Shown: positions 17,338-29,603 of the stretch, in pieces
Layout: every line of letters begins with the position of its first letter
How positions within the stretch are numbered: position 1 is the stretch's first letter
DNA from: Cyanobacteria bacterium UBA947
Lineage (GTDB): Bacteria > Cyanobacteriota > Vampirovibrionia > Gastranaerophilales > Gastranaerophilaceae
NCBI GenBank assembly: GCA_002293275.1
Contig: DBCX01000037.1
Coordinates: forward strand, 5,704 to 50,199
Length of the DNA: 44,496 nt
Direction of reading: 5' to 3'
The notes under the pieces: model-generated
Told to the model about the DNA's origin: nothing
What the model saw: the letters and a program-made list of their open reading frames with translations, nothing else
Database searches by the model: none
Position numbers and translations under genes: made by a program

Positions 17338-17978
17338 CCGATTATGCGGGTTTTTCCGCGTGCGTTTTCGCGTGCAAGGAGCGCGCCGACCATAGCTTCC
17401 AGCTGGGACATCGGCATCATATTTGTCGGCAAATCCAGTCCGTGCTCAATTTTCAATGTTTGCTGCAAAAATTTGCAATCCGCTGGTGAGCGTTCCTTGA
17501 ACCCGGAACTCAATCTCATACTCTGGCGCGTCAGGTACAGCTCAAACCGGTTGACGGTGCAGCCTTCCCCGCCGCCTTCGGCCGACTGTCCGGAACATTT
17601 ACCCTTGAAATAATCCGCGCCGCGCGCCGCGTAGCGCTGCGTCCAGTTGTTGCGATTCGGGATTTTTTCGTTGGACATAACAAGCTGGTATGGTTTGCCC
17701 AAAATCCGCCATTTGCCGTCCAGCATTGTTTTATCCCACGGCAGCGAGATGCAAAGGTGCGAGTTTTGCAAGTGCTCAAATTTATTAAAAAACACCGTAA
17801 TCTCGTCCATTTTGTACAATTTTTCAACCGCGACGAGGTTGTTTTCTTCATCTATGACAACAATCCCGGAGTCGGTGCTGGAATTTGATGCCAAAGACAA
17901 CCCGATGTAGTATTTTGCAGTGCCGGCCGGGTTCACGGCGTCATTTGCGACAGTTCCTTTTTTCTTTTTCTTTCTCAT
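17295..17978 (-). CDS. Hypothetical protein (possibly RNase H-like fold, DUF429-like)
   Basis: 227-aa ORF with a GGAGG Shine-Dalgarno and a lysine-rich N-terminus. The YYIGLSLAS...GIVVIDEENN pattern resembles the first strands of RNase H-fold proteins. Its 3' end overlaps the tmk 3' end by 43 nt (convergent). Confidence 0.55.
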   Translation of the reverse strand: MRKKKKKGTVANDAVNPAGTAKYYIGLSLASNSSTDSGIVVIDEENNLVAVEKLYKMDEITVFFNKFEHLQNSHLCISLPWDKTMLDGKWRILGKPYQLVMSNEKIPNRNNWTQRYAARGADYFKGKCSGQSAEGGGEGCTVNRFELYLTRQSMRLSSGFKERSPADCKFLQQTLKIEHGLDLPTNMMPMSQLEAMVGALLARENARGKTRIIGQFKDLPIIDVISE

Positions 17979-18021
17979 TTAACCTCCAAAATTCGGGTTG
18001 AAATCCGGCCAACCCGATTAT

Positions 18022-18780
18022 TTACCCCTTAACCTCCAATTGCGTAAGTATGAGCGGTTCGCCATCTGTTACAAGCACGGTGTGTTCAAAATGCGCGGAC
18101 GCTTTTTGGTCAACGGTGCAGACGGTCCATTTGTCCGGCATTACTTCCACATCGTCGCCGCCAAGGTTCAGCATCGGCTCAATTGCTATGGTGTAGCCCG
18201 CTTTGAGCTGTGTTTTGTCGCCGACCTTGTAGTTGAACAAAAACGGGTCCTCGTGCATGCGCCGGCCGACCCCGTGACCGCCGTATTGGCGCACGATACC
18301 TAGTTTTTCGCGCTTTGCGACTATTTCCACCGCGCTTGAAACATCATCCAAAACGTTGCCGGCGCGCATTTGTTTTATCGCACAGAAAAGCGCCTCTTCC
18401 GTGACACACAAAAGGCGTTGTAGCTCAGGCGTAACCTTGCCAACCGGGTATGTCCAGGCAGAATCGCCGATGAACCCGCCGTATGTGGCGCCGACATCAA
18501 CGCTTATTATATCGCCTTTGTCCAAAATCACGTCCTCGCGCGGGATACCGTGGACAACCTCGTGGTTTACCGATGCGCAAATACTCGCCGGAAACCCGTT
18601 GTAACCCAAAAACGACGGTGTGGCTTTGTTTTCGCGGATTATGTTATAGGCGATGGAATCGAGCTCTTTTGTGCTGATGCCGGGCTCAATCACCTGCGCC
18701 ATTTTTTGGTGCACGAGCGCAACGATATGGCCGGCGTGGCGCATGCGTTTTATATCTTCGCGTGACTTTTTGTGTATCAC
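18022..18780 (-). CDS. map: Type I methionine aminopeptidase
   Basis: 252 aa with typical MetAP sequence (GDIISVDVGATYGGFIGDSAWTY, HGVGRRMHE, IEPML). GTG start 5 nt after the adk stop. Confidence 0.95.
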   Translation of the reverse strand: MIHKKSREDIKRMRHAGHIVALVHQKMAQVIEPGISTKELDSIAYNIIRENKATPSFLGYNGFPASICASVNHEVVHGIPREDVILDKGDIISVDVGATYGGFIGDSAWTYPVGKVTPELQRLLCVTEEALFCAIKQMRAGNVLDDVSSAVEIVAKREKLGIVRQYGGHGVGRRMHEDPFLFNYKVGDKTQLKAGYTIAIEPMLNLGGDDVEVMPDKWTVCTVDQKASAHFEHTVLVTDGEPLILTQLEVKG

Positions 18781-18785
18781 GCCGC

Positions 18786-19439
18786 CTACCCAATCGCCTC
18801 TTGTAATCTGTTCCAGATTTCTTCCACACTGCCTTGCGCATCAAGGTTTTTAAGCACGCCCTTTTGCTTGTAGTATTCAACCAGCGGTGCGGTTTCGTTG
18901 AAATATGTTTCAAAGCGCGCGCGTGCGGTTTCTTCGTTATCGTCTTTACGCTGGGTGAGTTCGCCGCCGCAATCGCAGATGCCGTCTTGTTTAGGTTTGA
19001 GCGTTTTCAGGTTGTAGATTTTACCGCAAGCCGCGCACGAACGGCGATAAATTATGCGCTCTAACAGAACATCTTGCGGGATGTCAAAGTAGATTACCTT
19101 GAAGTCAACCGGGTTTGCGCCGTCAATTTCGGTACGAATTGTTTCAAGGATGTTTGCCTGTTCAACGCTGCGCGGGAACCCGTCAAGGATAAACCCGTTT
19201 GCGCAATCGGCTTGGAGCAGGCGGTTTTTAATAATTGCGGCAACGATTTCCACGGGCACAAGCGCGCCTTTTTCGATGTAAGATTTTGCCTCAATGCCTT
19301 CGGGTGTTCCGCCCTGGATAGCTGCGCGCAAAAGCGAGCCGGTATCAACGTGCGGCAGGCCCATTTCCTGCGACAGTCTTGATGTTTGTGTGCCTTTGCC
19401 GCTTGCCGGCGGCCCTAAAAATACTAATTCTTTTTTCAT
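18786..19439 (-). CDS. adk: Adenylate kinase (zinc-lid type)
   Basis: P-loop GPPASGKGTQ and a lid with CAACGKIYN...CDCGG. Confidence 0.95.
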   Translation of the reverse strand: MKKELVFLGPPASGKGTQTSRLSQEMGLPHVDTGSLLRAAIQGGTPEGIEAKSYIEKGALVPVEIVAAIIKNRLLQADCANGFILDGFPRSVEQANILETIRTEIDGANPVDFKVIYFDIPQDVLLERIIYRRSCAACGKIYNLKTLKPKQDGICDCGGELTQRKDDNEETARARFETYFNETAPLVEYYKQKGVLKNLDAQGSVEEIWNRLQEAIG

Positions 19440-19496
19440 TTTTCTCTCCTTTTATATACTATTGTAAAATTCAGGTGAAACCCCCTTCATTTACCC

Positions 19497-21959
<2,463 letters not shown>

Positions 21960-22023
21960 TTATTGTTAATTATTATTGTACCACAAAAAAATTTGTGGTA
22001 TACTATCTTTAAGAGAGGTTAAT

Positions 22024-24540
22024 ATGTTCGAACGGTTCACGGAAAAGGCAATCAAGGTAATAATGCTGGCGCAGGAGGAAGCAAGACGGCTGGGACACAA
22101 CTTTGTCGGCACAGAGCAGGTTTTGCTCGGTTTAATCGGCGAGGGCACCGGCGCTGCGGCAAAAACGCTTAAATCAATGGGTGTTACACTGAAAGACGCG
22201 CGCGCAGAGGTTGAAAAGATTATCGGGCGCGGCTCGGGCTTTGTTGCCGTGGAAATTCCGTTCACACCGCGCGCAAAACGCGTGCTGGAACTGTCATGGG
22301 ATGAGGCGCGTCAGCTCGGACACAATTATATCGGCACAGAACACCTTTTGCTTGGCCTAATCCGTGAGGGTGAAGGCGTTGCGGCACGTGTTTTGGAGAA
22401 TTTGGGCGTTGATTTGAACAAAATCAGGAGCAATGTTGTCAAAATGCTCGGCGAGAGTAAACCGACAGCTACCGCAGGCAGTACCTCAAGCAGCAGTTCG
22501 TCGTCTTCGTCAAGCAGCGGCGGCAAAACAAAAACCCCGAGTCTTGATGAGTTTGGGCGCGATTTGACACTCGCTGCAGCAGAGCTCCGGCTTGACCCTG
22601 TTGTCGGCCGCGAAAAAGAAATTGAGCGCGTTATCCAAATCCTTGCGCGCCGTACAAAAAACAACCCCGTCCTCATTGGCGAGCCGGGCGTTGGTAAAAC
22701 AGCTGTTGCCGAAGGGCTTGCACTTCGGATTGTGAACGCGGAGGTTCCGGATATCCTTGACGGTAAAAAGGTTATCCAGCTTGATATGGGATTGCTTGTT
22801 GCGGGTACAAAATACCGCGGCGAGTTTGAAGAACGGCTTAAAAAAATCATGGACGAAATCCGTCAGGCCGGCAACATAATTCTTGTAATTGACGAAATGC
22901 ACACGCTGATTGGCGCGGGCGCCGCAGAAGGTGCAATTGACGCGGCAAATATTTTGAAACCTGCGCTGTCGCGTGGTGAGATTCAGGTAATCGGTGCCAC
23001 AACGCTTGATGAATACAGAAAATACGTTGAAAAAGACTCTGCGCTTGAACGTCGGTTCCAGTCGGTAATCATTGATCAACCAACCGTTGACGAGAGTATT
23101 GAAATCATAAGAGGCCTTAAACCGCGCTACGAAGACCACCACAAGCTGATAATTTCGGACGAATCAATCATCGCGGCGGTCAAATTGTCTGACAAATACA
23201 TCACAGACCGGTTTTTGCCGGATAAAGCAATTGATGTAATTGACGAGGCCAGCTCAAAAGTGCGTTTGAAAGTCGCATCAACCTCACCCGAGGGCAAAGA
23301 GCTTGAAAAAGACCTGCGCGCGCTTATCAAAGAAAAAGAGGACGCGATTCGCAACCAGGAGTTTGAGCTTGCATCGCAGTTGCGCGACGACGAGGCGGAT
23401 ATGAAAGACAAAATCCGCGAGGTTGCGGCAAAATACCGCGAGGAGCACGAGGCGAACAAGCCGACCGTGACGGAAGAAGACGTCGCAGGCGTAATCTCAA
23501 TCATGACGGGCGTTCCGGTGACAAAACTCACCGAAGGCGAGAGCGACAGGCTGCTTAACCTTGAAAAAGTGCTGCACGAGCGCGTAATCGGACAAAACGA
23601 TGCGGTAACCGCGATTTCCAAAGCAATACGCCGTGCGCGTGTGGGCTTAAAATCACCGAACCGCCCAATCGGAAGCTTTATTTTCTCAGGTCCCACAGGT
23701 GTCGGTAAAACCGAGCTTGCAAAAGCGCTGGCTGAAGCGATGTTCGGCTCGGAAGATAACATGATTCGCGTTGATATGTCAGAGTTTATGGAAAAACATT
23801 CAACCGCGAAGCTTATCGGCTCGCCTCCGGGGTATGTCGGTTACGACGACGGCGGCCATATGACAGAGACCGTGCGCAAAAAGCCGTATTCTGTTATACT
23901 TTTTGACGAGATTGAAAAAGCGCACCCCGATGTGTTCAACATTATGCTCCAAATCCTTGATGACGGGCGCCTGACGGACGCAAAAGGCCGCCATATTAAC
24001 TTTAAAAACACGGTCATTATTATGACCTCAAACGTCGGTGCAAGCCAGATTGCAAACACCGGCCGGCTCGGGTTCGGCACGGGCTCGGATGAGAGCAAAG
24101 ACAAATACGACCGGCTCAAAGACACTGTTGGCGAGGAGATGAAAAAGGCGTTCAGACCGGAGTTTTTAAACCGGATTGACGAAACAATCGTGTTTGCGCA
24201 CTTGAACAAGGAAGAAATCCGTCAAATCGTTGATTTGATGATGAAGGATTTGCTCAAACGCCTGTCCGAGCGCGGGTTGTCGCTTGAAGTTACCGATGAG
24301 GTCAAAGACCATCTGGCAGACGCCGGATACTCAGAGGCTTACGGTGCGAGGCCGCTGCGGCGCCTTATCCAGCGCAAGATTGAGGACGAACTGGCGGAAG
24401 AAATTTTGTCCGGCAAATACACCGAGGGCGACACCATCAAGTTGACGCTTATGGATGACAAGATTACGTTTGAAAAAGCCAAAGGCGGCAAAAAGGCTAA
24501 AAAGGAAGGCGAAGCTGCGGGAGAAACTATTTCTGGTTAA
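22024..24540 (+). CDS. clpC: ATP-dependent Clp protease ATP-binding subunit ClpC
   Basis: The ATG at 22024 ([12 protein letters not shown]...) is preferred over the track start. Contains double Clp_N repeats, Walker A motifs GEPGVGKT and GPTGVGKT, and a UVR-like motif between D1 and D2. Confidence 0.95.
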   Translation: MFERFTEKAIKVIMLAQEEARRLGHNFVGTEQVLLGLIGEGTGAAAKTLKSMGVTLKDARAEVEKIIGRGSGFVAVEIPFTPRAKRVLELSWDEARQLGHNYIGTEHLLLGLIREGEGVAARVLENLGVDLNKIRSNVVKMLGESKPTATAGSTSSSSSSSSSSSGGKTKTPSLDEFGRDLTLAAAELRLDPVVGREKEIERVIQILARRTKNNPVLIGEPGVGKTAVAEGLALRIVNAEVPDILDGKKVIQLDMGLLVAGTKYRGEFEERLKKIMDEIRQAGNIILVIDEMHTLIGAGAAEGAIDAANILKPALSRGEIQVIGATTLDEYRKYVEKDSALERRFQSVIIDQPTVDESIEIIRGLKPRYEDHHKLIISDESIIAAVKLSDKYITDRFLPDKAIDVIDEASSKVRLKVASTSPEGKELEKDLRALIKEKEDAIRNQEFELASQLRDDEADMKDKIREVAAKYREEHEANKPTVTEEDVAGVISIMTGVPVTKLTEGESDRLLNLEKVLHERVIGQNDAVTAISKAIRRARVGLKSPNRPIGSFIFSGPTGVGKTELAKALAEAMFGSEDNMIRVDMSEFMEKHSTAKLIGSPPGYVGYDDGGHMTETVRKKPYSVILFDEIEKAHPDVFNIMLQILDDGRLTDAKGRHINFKNTVIIMTSNVGASQIANTGRLGFGTGSDESKDKYDRLKDTVGEEMKKAFRPEFLNRIDETIVFAHLNKEEIRQIVDLMMKDLLKRLSERGLSLEVTDEVKDHLADAGYSEAYGARPLRRLIQRKIEDELAEEILSGKYTEGDTIKLTLMDDKITFEKAKGGKKAKKEGEAAGETISG

Positions 24541-24733
24541 GTTCTAATTTGTAGTCAACAATTTTGGCTATGAGTTTAAGGTCTTTATACGAGATTGATT
24601 CGCGTCGAATTTTGTTTGAAAGGTTTGCCAGGGAGTATTTCTTTTCAAGCTTGATACTCAGCTGCTCGGCCAGCCATGTCATGGTTTTGCCTTTCTTATA
24701 TAAAATCTCTTTTAATTCTGAAATAAGTCTCAT
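24527..24733 (-). CDS. Small HTH DNA-binding protein (Xre-like, 68 aa)
   Basis: [30 protein letters not shown] resembles an HTH_3 core. AT-rich. Divergent from the LuxR-like gene. Confidence 0.6.
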   Translation of the reverse strand: MRLISELKEILYKKGKTMTWLAEQLSIKLEKKYSLANLSNKIRRESISYKDLKLIAKIVDYKLELNQK

Positions 24734-24773
24734 TACTATATAATGACAATTTTTGATTTTAAATTCAATCCTA

Positions 24774-24801
24774 TTGACAACTTTAAATAGTATTGTATAA
24801 T
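24774..24801 (+). promoter_or_regulatory. Sigma-70-type promoter for the LuxR-like gene
   Basis: TTGACA (24774-24779), a 16-nt spacer, then TATAAT (24796-24801). The AAGGAG Shine-Dalgarno and the ATG at 24838 follow. Confidence 0.5.
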
Positions 24802-24837
24802 ATAAACGTATAAGTTTAATAAAAATAAGGAGTCAAA

Positions 24838-25038
24838 ATGCAAAACGAACTAACAGAAGAAGAAAAAATAATATTGAAGGCACTCGGCCAAGGGTTTACG
24901 TGCAAAGAAATCGCAAAAAAGTTTGCAATTCCACTAAAAAAAATAACGCAGGCAAGAAAAGATATCCCGGTAAAACTTGGCGCAGCCGGCATGGCGCACG
25001 CAGCCTACATCGCCTTTCGCAACGGCTTGATAGATTAA
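24838..25038 (+). CDS. Stand-alone LuxR/GerE-type HTH protein (66 aa)
   Basis: LTEEEKIILKALGQGFTCKEIAKKFAIPLKKITQARKDIPVKLGA fits the GerE HTH pattern. Paralogous to 30732-30938. Confidence 0.7.
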   Translation: MQNELTEEEKIILKALGQGFTCKEIAKKFAIPLKKITQARKDIPVKLGAAGMAHAAYIAFRNGLID

Positions 25039-25086
25039 AATTCCAAACCTACAGCTTACCCCCCCCTTTTTTTTACCCGATTATTC

Positions 25087-26094
25087 TTATATAATATGAT
25101 AAATCGCGTAATAAATTCCGGCCGAAAGTATCATTGTTGCCGGTATTGTAAGCACCCACGCGGTGACGATGTTACCAACGATGCCCCATTTGACGGCGTT
25201 TGCGTTCATTGTTGTACCAACACCCATAATTGAGGTTGAAATTACGTGTGTTGTTGAAAGCGGGATACCAAGGTGGGATGCGGTCAGGATTATGGTAGCG
25301 GCTGAGGTTTCTGCGGCAAACCCGTGGATTGGTTTCAGCTTAATAATTTTATGCCCCATGGTTTTAATGATTTTCCAGCCGCCTTTCATAACGCCCGCGG
25401 CCATTGTGAACGCGCAGATTACTATGACAAAAAGCGGGATTTCAAAGTTGCCGCCGTTTGGATGCAAAACACCGCCCGCAACAAGCGCCAATGTGATTAT
25501 CCCCATGGTTTTTTGTGCATCGTTTGAGCCGTGTGACAGCGCCATTAGACCCGACGATACCAGCTGCAGCTTGCGAAAACTCTTATTTACAACCTGCGGA
25601 TTGGCCCGGTAGCACAGGTGAACCAAAAACAGCATCAGCAAGAACCCGCAGCAGAACCCGAGCGCAGGTGAGGTGAACATAGGGATGATGACTTTTTGCA
25701 TGACACCTTGCAGGTTGACCGATTCCACACCGGCCTTGACAATTGCCGCGCCCAAAAGCCCCCCGATTAGCGCGTGCGATGAGCTTGACGGCAAACCCCG
25801 CCACCACGTGAACAGGTTCCAGACAACCGCTGCGCTCAACGCGCAGAAAATCAGCGTCAACGTGACCATCTCAGAGTTTACAATGCCCGACCCTATTGTC
25901 TTTGCAACGTGTGTACCTGTGAGCGCACCGATAAATTCCAGCACCGCACCGAACAGAACGGCCTGTTTCGGGGACAGGATTTTTGTTGCAACGACCGTTG
26001 CAATCGCGTTTGCGGCATCGTGAAACCCGTTTATGTACTCAAACGCGAGCGCGATGAGGATTACTGCTATTAAAATTATTAGTGTAAGTGTCAT
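25087..26094 (-). CDS. Inorganic phosphate transporter, PiT family
   Basis: 335-aa polytopic membrane protein with the PHO4 signature FEYINGFHDAANAIAT and an internal repeat (SHGSNDAQK). Confidence 0.9.
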   Translation of the reverse strand: MTLTLIILIAVILIALAFEYINGFHDAANAIATVVATKILSPKQAVLFGAVLEFIGALTGTHVAKTIGSGIVNSEMVTLTLIFCALSAAVVWNLFTWWRGLPSSSSHALIGGLLGAAIVKAGVESVNLQGVMQKVIIPMFTSPALGFCCGFLLMLFLVHLCYRANPQVVNKSFRKLQLVSSGLMALSHGSNDAQKTMGIITLALVAGGVLHPNGGNFEIPLFVIVICAFTMAAGVMKGGWKIIKTMGHKIIKLKPIHGFAAETSAATIILTASHLGIPLSTTHVISTSIMGVGTTMNANAVKWGIVGNIVTAWVLTIPATMILSAGIYYAIYHII

Positions 26095-26144
26095 TATTTA
26101 CCTTTTTAATAAATATCGCGCAGTAAATGCGCGATGACATGTGT

Positions 26145-26786
26145 TCAGCATTGTTTCAAGACGATGTTCAAGATTGTGTCCGCAACGTTAAAGCAGGCGT
26201 CAAGTGCGTTTTCAATATCTCTGTAAATATCGCGCAGCTTGATAACATCAAGCGCATCGTATTTTCCGGAGAAAAGTTCGCGCAGTGCGTGGCGGTGGAC
26301 ATCGTCCCCCTGCGTTTCAAGCGCCTTCATCTCAATATTGATTTGGGTTATGTGTTCAACGTCGCTGACTTTTTTGAACTCTTTCATAACCTTTTCCAAA
26401 TCCTCAGCTGCTTTTGCCAAAATAGTAGCCTGCTCTTTCATATCTTGTGTGTAGTCTGTAAGGTTGTAGACATCAAGGTTTAGGCAGGCTTTAATAATTC
26501 TTTTATTAATTTTAAACAGTTGTAGCGCGAGGTATTGGATATCTTCTTTTTCAAGCGGTGTGATAAAGCTTTTGTTAAGTTGTTTGAGTGTGAGCTTAAA
26601 TGTGCGCTTCCCTTTTTTCTTGTACTTAACGGCTTTCTCGCGAAACTCCTCGGTCAATGTAGATTCTGTAATCTCGTCGTACAGTCGGGCGGATTTTTTA
26701 CAAATCTCGGCCGCATCCTGAAACAAGCTGAAAAACATCTTGTCCTCCGGCGGCATAATGTACGATAATAAATTAAATTTGGCCAT
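26145..26786 (-). CDS. DUF47/PhoU-like Pit accessory protein
   Basis: 213-aa helical protein immediately upstream of the PiT gene, the usual pairing for this family. Confidence 0.8.
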   Translation of the reverse strand: MAKFNLLSYIMPPEDKMFFSLFQDAAEICKKSARLYDEITESTLTEEFREKAVKYKKKGKRTFKLTLKQLNKSFITPLEKEDIQYLALQLFKINKRIIKACLNLDVYNLTDYTQDMKEQATILAKAAEDLEKVMKEFKKVSDVEHITQINIEMKALETQGDDVHRHALRELFSGKYDALDVIKLRDIYRDIENALDACFNVADTILNIVLKQC

Positions 26787-26842
26787 GCTGTTCTCCTTCC
26801 AAGCATGCCCATTATATCATGAAAGAGTGAACAAGTTAATTT

Positions 26843-27205
26843 CTATTTAACCAGTCCCTCGGTCTCGTTGAACATAACCATATAAAAATCCGGATGCGTC
26901 ATATTCGGGTTGCGTTTCATAAACTTTTGCAAATCAAAATTCGCCAGATATTTGTCCAGCTTTTGCACAACCTTTTCGCGCTCGGCGTGCTCAACTTTTA
27001 GCTTTTCAATATAATTGTTCACAAGATACCAGACATCATCATCGGTCAAAATCGGCTGGCCGCCTAACCGCACCTCATCTTGCTCCTCCTCATCAATCAG
27101 CCGGCGCTTTTCCTCCTTTTTCTCCTCTTTTTTCTGCTGTTTGTTTTTATCCGAGGATGTTGACGAGGAAACTTTTTGGAACGGATTGTTTATATTATTA
27201 AACAT
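26843..27205 (-). CDS. Hypothetical protein with a K/E-rich N-terminal region
   Basis: 120-aa ORF with no recognised domain. Confidence 0.55.
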   Translation of the reverse strand: MFNNINNPFQKVSSSTSSDKNKQQKKEEKKEEKRRLIDEEEQDEVRLGGQPILTDDDVWYLVNNYIEKLKVEHAEREKVVQKLDKYLANFDLQKFMKRNPNMTHPDFYMVMFNETEGLVK

Positions 27206-27251
27206 GCCCTCTTTTTAACACAAAAACTGTAACATTAAATCATACAAACGG

Positions 27252-27280
27252 TTGAAATCTTCCAAAATATATGCTATAAT
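27252..27280 (+). promoter_or_regulatory. Extended -10 sigma-70 promoter upstream of the GGDEF/HD-GYP gene
   Basis: TTGAAA (27252-27257), a 17-nt spacer containing TGc, then TATAAT (27275-27280). This leaves a leader of about 100 nt before the TTG start. Confidence 0.5.
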
Positions 27281-27382
27281 GGAAAAGCGGGGCAAGAGGA
27301 TTTTCATATTTTTAAAGTATTTACGAAGGCAATTTTTCGTGGTCTCATGTTTTTATAATACTATACGTGTAGGTAGTGGAAT

Positions 27383-29218
27383 TTGGAAAAACAAAAAACG
27401 TTAACTCGTGCGACAAGCACTATATCAGGCAAACTGGCGTCCAACCCGATTTTGCGGGAGGCGGCAGAGGTCATCACGTGCATAAACGAACTGAACACCC
27501 ACAAGACCTCAAACAAGCTTTATGCCGGATACTTGGGCCAAGCGCTCAAGACAAAAAAAGAGATTAACTACCCGGACTTGATTAAGAAGATGAACGATGC
27601 GTTCCAAAATTGTTCCAATGTCCAAAAATTAACCGCTTCCATCCACAAAGTTCTCTCGGAAAATGTTACAGCGAGTTTCAGCGCAACAGGACTCTACCAC
27701 GAAAGCTCAAGATGCCTGAACCTGACGCTGCACAGCACATCCGGCAGCACGTATACGTCAAAAATTTTCACCTCCGACGAGGAAAACCCTATCGTGCAGT
27801 GCTTCACCACCGGCGAGCCTGTATTCAAAACGGACAACAGGTTTTTGAACATCCCGTACCTTCAAACATCACCGGCGCTTTTGCTGCCGCTGCGCACGTT
27901 TGGCAAGGTTATTGGTGTTGCAATACTTGATGCCGCAGAAACTGATTTGGACCTGTTTTCGTTCATCGCGAACCACTTTGCTATGTTCATCGCAAATATT
28001 GAGCTTACCGAGAAGGCCGCTCAATACGAAAACACCGATATTTTGACCGGATTGTTGAACCACCGCGGGTTCCAGGAGGTTTTGAGCCGAGAAATTTTCA
28101 CCGCGCAGGAAAATAAGACCAACCTGTCCGTTGTCATGTTTGATATTAACAACATTTCCAAAATCAACCGGGAGCTCTCGCACGCGAAAGGTGACGAGGT
28201 TATCAAACTTGTTGCGCAAAAGATTAAACAAAACATCCGCAGCGGTGATTCTGCCGGGCGTTACGGCGGTGACGAGATTGCCGTGATTTTGCCCGATACA
28301 AGCACTGCCGATGCAAAATATCTTGCTGAAACCATCAACTACACGTTATCTTGCTGTTTTGTGGATGATGTGGGGCCCGTGAAGATGTCTGTGGGGATTG
28401 CGACATATCCTGAGTGCACAAGCGATCAGGAAAAGCTGCTTATCCTTGCGGAACAAGCGACACACATCTCGCAGGCAAAGGGTTACCAAAACGGGATGTC
28501 AGCGATTGTAAGCTCATCTGATTTTAATTTCTGGGATAACGATGCTTTGAAATCATTCGCGCAGGTGCTGTCAAAACGGCACTCGCAGCTTGGTGTTAAC
28601 TACGAAACCGAGCTTTTGAACCAGTTTGCGACCGAGCAGGGGCCGGTGAACATTCTTGATATGGCAACATCGCTTGCGGGTGCGATTGACGCAAAAGATC
28701 CGTATACCAAAGACCACTCCACGGCGGTTTCGCGCTACTCAGAGGCGCTTGCGCACGCGGTTAATCTGCCGGAGATTGAGGTTCAACGTATAAAACTTGG
28801 TGCGCTGCTGCACGATGTCGGCAAAATCGGCGTTCCTGAGTCGGTGTTAAACAAAACCGACAAGTTGACCGACGAAGAATTTGAAATTATCAAGCGTCAC
28901 CCGGAAATCGGTGCTATGAAGGTGCTTGAACCGAACGAGTCGCTGCGTGATTTGATTCCTATTGTAAAATATCACCACGAACGTGTTGACGGCAAGGGTT
29001 ATCCAGAGCAGCTGACAGGGGAGCACATCCCGCTGGGTGCACGTATTGTGGCGGTTGCGGACTCGTTCCACGCGCTAATCAGCGACCGGCCGTACCGTAA
29101 GGGTATGCCCGTTGAAAAAGCCTGCGAAATCCTGCGCATGGGCGCAGGCACGCAATGGGACAGCGATTTGGTCCGTCATTTTATCAGCATCGCATCGTCT
29201 TTGGCTACAACGGTATGA
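27383..29218 (+). CDS. GAF-like sensor / GGDEF diguanylate cyclase / HD-GYP phosphodiesterase composite protein
   Basis: RSGD-SAGRY-GGDEI provides an I-site RxxD plus the A-site. The HD-GYP module has HDVGKIGVP and HHERVDGKGYP. TTG start. Confidence 0.85.
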   Translation: MEKQKTLTRATSTISGKLASNPILREAAEVITCINELNTHKTSNKLYAGYLGQALKTKKEINYPDLIKKMNDAFQNCSNVQKLTASIHKVLSENVTASFSATGLYHESSRCLNLTLHSTSGSTYTSKIFTSDEENPIVQCFTTGEPVFKTDNRFLNIPYLQTSPALLLPLRTFGKVIGVAILDAAETDLDLFSFIANHFAMFIANIELTEKAAQYENTDILTGLLNHRGFQEVLSREIFTAQENKTNLSVVMFDINNISKINRELSHAKGDEVIKLVAQKIKQNIRSGDSAGRYGGDEIAVILPDTSTADAKYLAETINYTLSCCFVDDVGPVKMSVGIATYPECTSDQEKLLILAEQATHISQAKGYQNGMSAIVSSSDFNFWDNDALKSFAQVLSKRHSQLGVNYETELLNQFATEQGPVNILDMATSLAGAIDAKDPYTKDHSTAVSRYSEALAHAVNLPEIEVQRIKLGALLHDVGKIGVPESVLNKTDKLTDEEFEIIKRHPEIGAMKVLEPNESLRDLIPIVKYHHERVDGKGYPEQLTGEHIPLGARIVAVADSFHALISDRPYRKGMPVEKACEILRMGAGTQWDSDLVRHFISIASSLATTV

Positions 29219-29290
29219 TTTAGCATCACCTATTGCAGTTTTCAAAAAGTGTGGTACAATTGAATGGTTACTAATTTAGGAGAAAAAACC

Positions 29291-29560
29291 ATGTACCAAG
29301 ACGAAAAACTTGTTTGTGAAGATTGCAGTGCAGAGTTCATTTTCACAGCAGGTGAGCAGGAATTCTACGCAGAAAAGGGTTTAACAAACAAACCAAAAAG
29401 ATGCCCTGATTGCAGAAAAAATCGCAGACAAAGCAGCAGAAGAGCGCCAAGAAAACTGTATGATGCAGTATGTTCAAAATGCGGCGCACAAACGCAGGTA
29501 CCTTTCAAGCCGATGCCGGACAAAGAGGTCTACTGCCGTGATTGCTTCACGAAAGGATAA
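29291..29560 (+). CDS. Small double zinc-ribbon protein
   Basis: 89 aa with CEDC...CPDC and CSKC...CRDC. The ATG at 29291 follows an AGGAGA Shine-Dalgarno. A TTGCAG-16-TACAAT promoter with TGn lies upstream. Confidence 0.75.
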   Translation: MYQDEKLVCEDCSAEFIFTAGEQEFYAEKGLTNKPKRCPDCRKNRRQSSRRAPRKLYDAVCSKCGAQTQVPFKPMPDKEVYCRDCFTKG

Positions 29561-29569
29561 TAATCTTTT

Positions 29570-29598
29570 AAAAAAAGCGGCCCGGTTGGGCCGCTTTT
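29570..29598. terminator. Bidirectional rho-independent terminator
   Basis: A7-GCGGCCC-GGTT-GGGCCGC-T4, between convergent genes. Confidence 0.75.
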
Positions 29599-29603
29599 AG
29601 TTT

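Noticed and set aside
22326-23762. Several 170-210-aa minus-strand ORFs inside clpC, with similar antisense ORFs inside gyrB, the GH13-like gene, the MCE gene and gcvPB
   Set aside because: All are shadow ORFs opposite strongly supported long genes. None has an independent coding signature.
24527-25038. Interpreting the small divergent gene pairs as toxin-antitoxin modules
   Set aside because: Both members of each pair look like DNA-binding HTH proteins. The genes are divergent rather than co-directional and overlapping. No toxin-like fold or motif is evident.
27281-27382. c-di-GMP riboswitch in the leader of the GGDEF/HD-GYP gene
   Set aside because: I could not recognise the GEMM-I/II conserved cores in the leader. 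It is reported only as an unexplained long leader.
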